Below are positions 10,036 to 22,000 of a stretch of 64,000 nt of DNA, piece by piece (the stretch's first letter is position 1; the number at the start of each line of letters is the position of its first letter). The stretch comes from Thermodesulfobacteriota bacterium (GTDB lineage: Bacteria > Desulfobacterota > Desulfobacteria > Desulfobacterales > C00003060), in the NCBI GenBank assembly GCA_034189385.1, contig JAXHVD010000007.1:32001-96000 (forward strand), in the 5' to 3' direction. The notes beneath the pieces were generated by a model. That model made no database searches, was not told where the DNA came from, and worked only from the letters and a program-made list of their open reading frames with translations. The position numbers and the translations under genes are program-made.

Positions 10036-13000
10036 ATGAAAAGGACTCGCTTGGAATTCAGGGCGATGGTGACGGGCTTATGTTCGTTTGTAATGGTAGG
10101 TATTCTGATTGCTGCAATACCTGCCTATGCTCGGACCCTTGGCATTCGTTCGGCTATAGTTGCGCCCGGAGAAGAAGTAACGATCCCGATCGAGATATCA
10201 GCCGACGTTTTGGATGTGGTGGGGTTCCAACTGGATCTTGAGATGGCGGGTCCTCAAAGCGTGGGTCTTTTGCTGATCAATGAGATCAGCAAGGGCACAG
10301 CCGTAACTACTACCTCTGATTTGGACTCCAATCCGCTGCCGCCGACTCACCAGGGAATGCGCATTCTGCTGCCCACGGAGATCCCTGCCGTTGGCGAACC
10401 TATACCTGAGTTCGATGGACCGGGAGTAATTGTCGATGTTCAATTCCTCGTGCCTGGGGATGCAGAAGTGGGACATGCTTTCCACCTTGACTTGAGTAAT
10501 GTCATCCTTGCAGGCCCTGAAAACGAGCAGATTGATGTAACGGTTTTTGACGGCATCCTGACAGTGGGTGCTGTCACCGTCTTGCCTGATACCATTAGCG
10601 CTCCTCCGGAAATCAGTCTGAGTGAAGAGGTCAAAGAAGAGCAACTAATCGTCACCGTAACAGGATCGGGTCAGCCCATTCCAGGTGTTGGGCTCAACTT
10701 CAGCGTTGATGATCCTGCCGTGGTTTCTGTCAGTGAAGAAACAGCAATAACGGGACCTGACGGCACAGCTGCTGTGAACGTAACGGGGCTCAGAGATGGC
10801 AGTACTTTCGTGCACATCTCATCCCCCGGTCTGGAAGAAGCCACTACAGCGATTACAGTATCCTGGGAGAGCCCCATCATTACCTCCACACCGCCTCTGG
10901 AGGCGGCTCAGGGCTCAACATACACATATGACGTGGAGGCCATAGACCCTCAGGGCCAGACGGTGACGTATGCATTGTTAAGCGCTCCGTCGGACATGTC
11001 CATCGAGTCAAGTACAGGACTCATCACATGGGCCGTGCCGGCAGACCAGCCTGAAAGCGGCAATGATGTGACCGTTGAGGCCCGAGATCCTGACAACAAC
11101 ACGGATACCCAGTCGTACAGCATTCTTGTCACCGAAGCTGCTCAAGATGCTGACGAAGACGGATATGATAGCCTGGTGGACTGTGATGACAACGATCGAG
11201 ACGTAAATCCTGGCATGGAGGAAGTGCCTTACAATGGGAAGGATGATGACTGCAATCCCGATACGCCGGATGACGATATTGATAGGGATGGCTACCCTGA
11301 AGACACAGACTGTGATGATAACAACCCATCCGTGAATCCGGGCGCCGTGGAGATTCTCTGGAACGGGCTTGACGATGATTGCGATCCAGCCACCCTCGAT
11401 TACGTGGACAATGACGAAGATGGATACGTGCCTATCCAGAACCCGCACTACCCCAATCCGGCAGATTGCGATGACAACGACCCCGATATTAATCCGGGCG
11501 CCGTGGAAATACCTTTGAACGGCATAGATGAAAACTGTGACGGTTCAGATGGCCTGCTCAAGCCCTTCGTCGTGGCTATCGATGACGGGGCCAGGATTTA
11601 CTACGCAAAGAGCAATGGTGATGGCACATTTAGCGATTACCGGTTCATTCAAGACATCGGGGGGTACAACGCCAGGGCCGTTGCCATGGCTGATTTCAAC
11701 AACGACGGCAATCTTGATTTAGTTGTCGGCGGAGGGGTGAACGGTCGTGTTGACTACTTCCTCTTCTTAAACGACGGAACAGATCATTTCTTCAATCAGG
11801 GAATCGTGGCGAGCCACGCAGTGTCCGGCGAATGGGCCATGGACATGACAGCGGAGGACATCAACAACGATGGCTGCATGGACTTTGTTGGCGGGGTCCA
11901 TTCAGCCTCGGTCATCGTAGCCTTGGGTGATGGTAACGGTGGTTTTGCGTCATCAGTGATCGATCTTGGAGGCTACGGTCGGGGCTGCGACGTGAGTGAT
12001 TTCAACAGGGATGGCAATGTGGACCTTGTGCGGGGCAGATATGACGATGGCCATGTGTATGTCTATCTCGGCAACGGCGATGGGACTTTTGGCTCCGGCC
12101 TGCTGGTTGGCGACGTGGGAAGTGACCCCTATGGTGTGGTGGCCGCAGATTTTGACAATGACGGCCTGGTGGACATTATTGCTAATGACAGTTCCGGCGG
12201 AGATCCTTTTCTGTTCACGGGCGATGGTAATGGAACGTTCATTGACTCAGGTTATGTAGAGACGCTCGACAATGGCATTCGTAGCGCATATGATGGTTAT
12301 GATTTTGATAATGACGGCAATGTTGATGTCATAGTGTGTGACGACTCCGGACGAAAAATCTGGTACTACCCGGGCAATGGTGACGGGACCTTCGGAACCA
12401 GGATTCAGATCAATCCGTCCAACACGAAAAATGACGTCTTGGGCAATTCAGCCCCGCCCTACCGTCCCTTTGGAACCCCTTACGCCATCATCAAGCCCCC
12501 TGAGCAGACCATCCTCCTGGGCAGCGCTGCGGAGTTCGACGGCTCTGAGTCCAACGACAATGATGATGGGGAACTCGTGAGTTGGGTCTGGAATTTCGGA
12601 GATGAAAACACGGGTACCGGGGAGACCATTTCTCATACCTACGATGGAGAGGACACCTACAACGTCACATTGAAGGTGACAGACGATGACGGCAAAAGCG
12701 CTATTGGCGTGGCAAAGGCCTACGTCCAGGCGAATCCTCCGGTGGCCAATGCAGGCGGGCTTTACGTCTTTGACGAGACCTTTGCGGATCATGGCGAGTA
12801 TATAGTTACACTGGATGGCAGCGCTTCTACCGACGACTTCGGGATCGTGAAGTACGAGTGGGATTTTGAATCGATCTTTGGGGATACCTTTGAGGGAACC
12901 ACCTTGGACACCTCCAAGTGGATCGCCAGCGCCGGGGTGAGCCAGAACGAGAAGGCAACCATTGCTGGAGCCGGTTCCTGGGGCGACCGCTATCTCTTCA

Positions 13001-16000
13001 GCCAGCGAGACTTCTCAAGGGAGGAAGGGCTGACCTTCCAGGCGCAAGTTCGGCCTGTGAACACCTCTGGCAATCAGTACGGTATGTTTGGCCTCAAGGA
13101 TACCGGCAGTAATTACAGCTACACCCAGATGCCCCATGCCATCTACTTTAGAAATGGAGAGATTCGTATTCTTGAAGACGGTACCACTAAAGTTACTTTT
13201 GGCAGCTATACACGGAATGTGGAATATGAGATCAAGATCGTGCTTAAGGCGGAAGGGGCGTCTTACTACCTCCGGGAGGCAGGAGGACCGTTGTGGAACC
13301 TTATCTACAATTCATCATACTCCAGCCTCTCCCCGCTGAAAGTGGGGATGACGATCAACGCAGGCACATTTGAGTTGGACGATGTAAACGTTTCTCTCGT
13401 CCTAGAGGGTGTCAATCCTGTGGGGATCCTGACAGAGGGCCACTACCCGGTGACGCTTACGGTGACCGATCTGGCAGGGCAGCAAGACTCAGAGGCCACC
13501 ACCGTGGATGTTGTTCCCAGCAGTCCGCCGGTGGCGGACCCGGGAGGACCTTACGTTGCGGATGAAGGAAGCGCCCAAGAGGGCATCTGGACAGTCACCC
13601 TTGACGGCGGCGGCTCTTCCGACGATTACGGCATCATCAAGTATGAGTGGGTTATAGAAACGTCAGACGGCAGCCAAGTAGAACGCACAGAGGTCTCTCC
13701 CACCCTCACTTACGACGCTGTGGGGACCTATATGGTTACCCTAACGGTGACGGATAATGCCCTTCAGACCCACACCGCCCAGACCACACTAGACATTGTG
13801 GCCAATGACCCGCCTGTGGCTGATCCTGGAGGACCGTATTTTGCTGATGAGACAAATGCAACAGGGGGATTCTGGCCGATAGCCTTTGACGGCAGTGGCT
13901 CTTCTGATGTTCACGGAATCATGAAGTATGAATGGGATTTTGATGCCTCAGACGGGATCCAGGTAGACGCCACAGGGGTTTCAACAAGCGCCATATACGA
14001 CGCTGAAGGAAGCTATACGGTTACGTTGAGCGTAACGGATCATGCCTTGCAGACCACCAGCGCACAGACGACGGTCACCATTGACCTTTCCGCAAATGAA
14101 CCCCCCACCGCAGACGCGGGCGGGCCTTACAACGTGAACGAGGCGGCGGCAGAGTCAGGCTGGTGGACCGTAGAATTCGATGGGAGCCAGTCCTCCGATG
14201 CCGAGGGGATTGCCAAGTACGACTGGGATTTTGGTGATGGAAGCACACTCACCACGTGGGGCCAATACAGGCATAACTTCTTTGAGGCGGGCACACGGCT
14301 CTATGGCTACGATGTAACGGGGGCCAGTCTTTATGTCATTGCTACGGAGGACAATACCACCGTGCAAATAGTGAATCTTGACAACGGTGAAGTCACAGTT
14401 TCCACCACCCTTAACAAATATGAGATGTCGGGCGGCTTGGCCCCTGGAAATGGCATCTATTTCAAGGTGGAGGCTAACAAGCCTGTTCTGGCCTATGAAA
14501 CGGATCTGGACTGGTCCCATTCGACCTTTATTCCCTCCCTGGAAGAAGGCCCGGTGGGCCGCGAGTTTATCCTCTACAAGTTCGGTGGGCTGGGCTTCTA
14601 CGTCTTTGCCGTGGAAGATACGGTGGTTCGCCTGTACCACTCAAATGGCAGCCTGGTGGAAGAGCGCAGCATGACCGCAGGTTCTTACTGGGAAGTGGGC
14701 TACCGCAACGCTGTCTATCACGTTATCTCCACGGGCAGGATTGCCATGCAGAATGTGGGCGGCAACGGCTACACCACGGTTCCCTCAACTTCCGGCGGTG
14801 GCGTAGGTCGAAATTTTTATTGTGCTACCCACGGCAACCACACCGGCGCCCTGGCCATATTCGCCTATGAGGACGCCGATGTCACTGTCTATAACCTGGA
14901 CTCCTCAACTGTCCTGTGGACCCAGACCATCCCCAAAGGCGGATACTGGTGGAAGATCAATGTTGGTACGAGGAGGCTCAGAATCGAAAGCACTGGCGAC
15001 ATAGAGGTCTGGGCAGGTGATACCGAACGTTTAGGCTATAACAGGATCATTGATCTCGGAGATGACATCTCTTTTGCCGGAGGCAGGGACGGCAAAGAGT
15101 TTTATCTTCACGGCCTGATGGCCGGCGCCGTCATCTTTGCACCTTTTGACAATACCGCGGTCACGGTGAACGGTGCGTTTCATAGCCTGAATGCTGACGA
15201 ATACCACCGTCTCTCCGGACGGACATTTTACCATGTCGTTTCCACGAAGCCGATCATCATTCAGACGTTGGGGGAGTCCACGGGCTTCAATAACCTTGGA
15301 ACCTATCTGGGCGGCATCACTGAAATCACCAAGGTGACCCACAAGTACAACGCCGTGGGTGATTATAGTGCGACCCTCACCGTCCATGACCACGGGGACC
15401 GATCTGACTCGGCTACCACGACTGTGACCGTAGGATACTCAGACCCGCCTGTGGCTGATGCGGGTGGCCCTTACGAGTTTGGAGAAGAAGTGGCGAAAGA
15501 CGGCAAGTTCATGGTCACCCTGAACGGCACGGGGTCTTCTGATGACTATGGCATTTACGCCTATGAATGGGACTTTGGTAACGTCTTTACAGAAGGCTTT
15601 GACGGAATGACCCTGGATGAAGAGAGATGGGATGCAAGTGACGGCGTCAGCCAGGATGACATCATCACCGTGACCGGAACCGGCACATGGGGAGAGCGCT
15701 ACTGCTTCAGCCAGAAGAACTTCGAGAGGGAAGGTGAAAATACCTTTACGGTCCGGGTGCGCTTGCCCAGTGGGGTAACCACGAAACTGATGTGGGGTTT
15801 AAAGAACAACAGCCCAGATTTCAGCTATACCCACATGCCACATGCCATTTACCTTAATGACGGCACATTCGCCATCTATGAAGACGGAACCGATCGAGGA
15901 GATTTCGGCAGCTTCAGCAAAGATCAGTGGTACGATCTCAAGATCGTACTCATTCCCCTTCAGGGAGCGAGCTATTACTACAGGCCCTTCGAAGAGACTG

Positions 16001-19000
16001 AATGGACCTTCCTGTACGGCTCACACTACGCCACCCGGGCCACTCTCTTTAAGGTGGGGTGTACCGTATATTCCGGCACCGCTGACATGGACGATGTTCG
16101 GGTGGAGACCAGAGGGGTTGGAGAAAGGGTCATCCATGCCTATGACGCCCTTGGCACGTATGAGGTCACTCTCAAGGTGACAGACCATGTCCTCCAGGAA
16201 GATAGCGACACGACCACAGTTACCATCTCCGCAGGTGAGCCCCCTGTTGCAGATGCCGGAGGCCCATACACGGGCGAGGTGCACAGCTTCATTCCCTTTG
16301 ATGGCGGGGGCTCCACAGACGATACGAACATCGCCCGCTATGAGTGGGACTTTGGGGACGGACATACCGGCCGAGGAAGACAACCCAGGCATTTCTACAC
16401 GGAAGAGGGCACGTACACCGTGACCCTTACCGTGTATGACAACCTGCTCCAGTCAGACACAGACGAGACCACCGTGACCATCGGCACAGGAAATGCGCCC
16501 GTGGCAGAGGCCGGTGGGCCCTACGCGGGCGGTGTTGGCGGCCCGCCTGCGTATTTCGACGGGTCGGGCTCCAGCGACGATTGCGGCATCTTGAAGTATG
16601 AATGGGATGTGGACGGTGTGAAGCTTTACGGCATGAGGCCTGTCTACACCTACGCGGCCGCCGGCACGTACCAGGTGACCTTGACTGTGGAGGATGGAGC
16701 AGGACAGACAAGCACGGATACGGCCGAGGTGGAGATTTACGCCAACCTCCCGCCAAAGGTCATTTGTGTACCATGGGTGGGAAGGGACGTCAAGTTCCCC
16801 CACGAGACCTGGAACGGCAAGGAAATCACTCTCAAGGGTGTTGTCAAGGATGCGGATGCGGTGAACTTCAGATGGGATTTTGGGGATGGGACGTCTTCCC
16901 CGACCATGAACGTGACAGACCCCTATGACCTCTCAGTCAAGCACACCTATCCTGACTCGCCCCATGAAACGCCATTTGTTGCGACCCTGACCGTTTGGGA
17001 TAGCAGCGGGCAGTCGGGATCAGACACGTACAACGTTTTGGTTAAGGAGAAGACACTGGATGTTGAAGTGAATGTAGGCATTGATGAGGGCCTCTGGTAT
17101 CTGCACACCACCCAGAACCGAAGCGGTGCATCCGGTTGGTGGAGATACGACTATGAGGGTTATGACTTCTACGCGTCATCCATAGGATCAGCCCTTCAGG
17201 CCTTTCAGATCAACACCCATCATGAAACCGGTGATCCTGGTGAAGACCCCTACGTGGAGACCGTCAGCCGGGGAATGACCTATCTGCTTGGCATTCTGCG
17301 CTCAAAAGGGATCGGTCTTCAGACCCACGGAGATCCGGATACCAACGGCAATGGCATCGGCATTGAAGGCCCCGGTATACGAAAACCCTATGAGCTGGGC
17401 ATGGTGATGATGGCCTTTGCCTCCTCCGGCACCCCGCTGGCCATTGCCCACTCAGGAGGAGAAAACATCCTCGACCGCTTCTATCATGACATCCTAACCG
17501 ATATGGTAGACATGTATGCTTGGGGGCAGCTGGACTCAGGCGCCCGTACCGGTGGCTGGCGCTATAGTTGGAATGACTATGCTGACAACTCTGCCAGCCA
17601 GTGGGCGGCCCTGGGTATGGAGGCTGCCGAAGAGGCCTTTAATCTTGTGGTCCCCGGGTGGGTCAAAGAGAAGAACCTGGAATGGCTGGCTTTCAGCGAT
17701 GATGGGCCCCGCTGGGGCTACCACAATTACGAGCCGCCTATATCAGGGGGTTACGTGGCGTGTACGCCTTCCGGGTTGGCCCAGCTTGCCTTTGACGACA
17801 TTCCCGCCACAGACTGGCGCTGGATCAACTCAGAGAGCTACATGGCCAGTGTCTGGGACTCCTGGTACAAGAACACGAGAAACTATTATGCGCTCTATGC
17901 TCTGGCCAAGGCTTTCAGGATTGCACAGCCTTACGAGGTTTCCATCATCGGGGAACACACCCCATGGAGCATAGACTGGTATGGGGATCCTGAGCGGGGA
18001 GCGGCCAGAACCGTGCTGGATGACCAGAAGGAGGATGGCTCCTTTGGCGGCGAGGGGCAGGGCACGCTTTGGGTTCGGGAAGGACCTCTCCGGACCGCAT
18101 GGGGCGTGTTGATCCTTACTCAGACGCTTTTTGTGAAGCCTCCGGTGGCTCTGGTTAACATTGAACCCAATCCCGGTGCAACAGGGATGCCAGTCACACT
18201 GGATGGCTCCGACTCCTATCATAACGATCACTTCAGAAGCATCGTGCGCTATGAGTGGGATGTGGATGAAGATGGCATATATGATTACTCTGACGATGCA
18301 CCTACTGCAATGCATACATATGACGAGGCGGGTATCTACACCGTAACCCTTCGTGTGACTGACGACAATGACCCGGAGAAGACCGACAAAGCCTCGGCAA
18401 TTGTCACAATAACCGAGGGGGCTCACCCGCCGGTTGCAGTGCCTGGCGGGCCTTACACCACCATGGCCGGCATTGCTACCACCTTGGACGGCAGTGGCTC
18501 CTACGACATCGACCCCGGAGACCAGATTGCCCGTTTCGGTTGGGAACTCGACGGAATTTACCCCTACGACTTTGACGATGCTGTTGGGTCGCATCCGATC
18601 TATGTCTGGGATGCCGTGGGTACCTACAACGTGGGGCTCAAGGTGTGGGACGACGGCGTCATGAACGACCTCAACCACAACGGTGAGGTAGATGAAGAGG
18701 AGCGGCTTTGGGATATTCAGTGGACAACCATCGAGGTGCTTGTGAATACGTCGCCGGTGGCTGATCCCAATGGGCCTTATGAAGTGGATGAGGGAAGCGA
18801 ACTGACCTTGGATGGCACGGGATCGAGCGACCCTGATGGCCACCCACTGACCTATGCCTGGGATCTGGACAACGACGGTGAATACGACGATGCCACAGGG
18901 GCCACTCCCACACACACCTGGCCGGATGACGGGACCTACACTATTGGCCTCAAAGTGTCTGACTCTTCGTCAGACGATACGGCTACCGCCACGGTCACTG

Positions 19001-22000
19001 TAGACAATGTGGCGCCCACGGCAGAAGCGGGACCAGACCAGTATGTGGACGAGGGGGCCACCGTAGCCTTGTCAGGCACTGCCGTTGATCCAAGCCCGGT
19101 GGATCAGCTTGCCTTAACCTATGTGTGGGACTTTGGCGATGATTCCGCCATTTCCGAAACGCAGACAACGGAACATGTCTACACAGATGACGGGATCTAC
19201 ATTGCAACCCTGACAGTGGAGGATGACGACGGCGGTTCAGGAACAGACACCCTGACGGTCACTGTGGCAAACGTGGCTCCCACAGTGGACGCGGGCCCTG
19301 ACGCCACCATCGACGAAGGAGATACCTTTACCAGCGGGGGAAGCTTTGTTGATCCTGGTACTGACACCTGGTCGGCCACCGTGGATTACGGCGACGGGTC
19401 AGGCCCTGAAGCGCTGGCCCTCAATCCTGACAAGAGCTTTAGTCTCAACCATACCTATGCTGACGACGGCGTGTATACGGTTACAGTTGCTGTAACCGAT
19501 GACGATGGTGGTCTTGGCTCTGACACGGCCACTGTAACGGCCAGTGCAGTCAACCACCCCCCTGTTGCCAATGCAGGTGGGCCCTACACAATAGATGAAG
19601 GGGCTGAGCTGACGCTCGATGGCAGAGCATCCACAGACCCTGACGGCGATGCCTTGACCTATGCATGGGATTTGGACAATGACGCTGAATACGATGATGC
19701 CACAGGGGTGGCACCAGCCTATACCTGGGTGGAGAACGGCACCTACCCTGTTGGGCTCAAGGTCTCTGATTCGCAGCTGGAGCACACTGCTAGCACCACG
19801 GTGACGGTGAACAATGTGGCCCCCACCGTGGAGGCCGGCCCTGACCAGACTGTGGATGAAGGCGTTAATGCGTCATTCAGCGGCAGTTTCACGGACCCGG
19901 GCACTCTTGATACCCACACAATTGAATGGAATTTCGGAGACGAGGAAACCGCTTCAGGCACTCTCACGCCGAGTCACGTGTATAAAGACAACGGGGTGTA
20001 TACCGTGACTCTAACCGTTACAGATGATGATGGCGGTGTGGGGTCGGACACGCTGACCGTGACCGTCAACAATGTGGCGCCCAGTGTTGATGCCGGACCT
20101 GATGCGACCATCAATGAGGGTGGCGCTTTTGCGGGACAAGGGTCGTTCACAGACCCGGGCGATGACACCTGGACGGCCACAGTCGATTATGGCGACGGCT
20201 CAGGTGTACAACCGCTGACACTCAATCCGGACAGGACATTTGCGTTGAACCACGTCTACTCTGACAGCGGAACGTTCACCGTGACTGTGACCGTGACTGA
20301 TGATGATGGCGGCGTGGGAACCGACAATGCCGCGGTCACCGCCAACGATCTTGGTCCCACAGCAGCCTTTACATGGACGCCAGAATCCCAAGGCGAAGGC
20401 GCTCCTGTCAGCTTCACAGATGGTTGTACGTCTTCTCCGGATATAATCACTGCATGGCTGTGGGATTTTGGCGGACTTGGAACGAGTCCAGAGCAGAACC
20501 CCGGCTTCACCTTCAATGATGATGGCACCTACACGGTAACACTGACGGTGACCGATGACGACGGCTCCACGGACACTGTGTCCCATGATGTGACGATCAC
20601 GGATAAAGGCCCCACAGCAGCCTTAGCTGGAGACACAGGTCTTAATGAGGGGGCAGCAGGCAACTATGATGCTAGCAGTTCCACCTCGAGCCCTGATACC
20701 ATTGTAAGCTACGAATGGGATTGGGACTATGACGGCACATTTGATGCTTCAGGCGACACAGGACCTACTCAGGGCCATGTGTGGAATGGCGGCACCTATA
20801 CCGTGGCTGTCCTAGTCACAGATGACGACGGTAGTACGGACATGGCAACGCTTGAGGTAACAGTAAGCGATCTTGGTCCCACAGCAGCCTTTGCATGGTC
20901 GCCAGAGCCGCAGGGCGAAGGCGCTCCTGTCAGCTTCACAGACGCTTCTACGTCCTCTCCGGACATAATAACTGCATGGTTGTGGGATTTTGACGGACTT
21001 GGCACGAGCACGGATCAGAACCCGAGCTTTACCTTTAATGATAACGGCGCCTACACTGTAACACTGACGGTGACCGATAACGACGGCTCCACTGACACGA
21101 TAACTCATGATGTCACGATAACGGACAAGGGTCCTGCTGCGAACTTGACGGGAGATTCAGTCTTAGATGAAGGCCAGGCGGGCTCCTATGATGCCAGCGG
21201 TTCCACGTCAAGCCCAGATGTCATTGTGAGCTACGAGTGGGATTGGGACTATGACGGCACATTTGATGCTTCAGGCGACACAGGACCTACTCAGGGCCAT
21301 GTGTGGAATGGTGGCACTTATACCGTGGCTGTCCTAGTCACAGATGACGACGGTAGTACAGATATGACCACGCTTGAGGTAACCGTAAGCGATCTTGGCC
21401 CCACAGCATTACTGACAGGAGATATAAGCCTGGATGCGGGAACTGAAGGAAACTATGATGCCAGCGATTCTACCTCAAGCCCTGATGCGATAGTCAGTTA
21501 TGAATGGGATTGGAACTATGATGGCACTTTCGATGCCTCGGGCGATACGGGACCCACGCAGACCCATGCGTGGGCGAATAGCGGGGCCTACACTGTAGCT
21601 GTACGCGTAACAGATGAGGACGGCAGCACAGACATCGCCACACTCAGTGTGACAGTAGAAGTGAGTAACTATCCACCAGTGGCTGACGCAGGTGGTCCCT
21701 ACACGGCAGATGAAGGGGCTGAGGCGACGCTGGATGGTAGCGCTTCGTGGGATCCTGAAGGCGATGCCTTGACCTACGCCTGGGATCTGGACAATGACGG
21801 TGAATACGATGATGCCGTTGGCGCCACGCCGACTTACGTCTGGGCAGACAACGGTTCCTATCCTGTTGGGCTCAGCGTCTCTGATTCACTACTGACAGAT
21901 GCTGCTACCGCCACGGTAACGGTGTACAACGTAGCCCCATCCGTTGGGCCGATCACTGCACCTCAAGATCCGGTAGAGGTGAACGTGGAGATCTCGGTGA

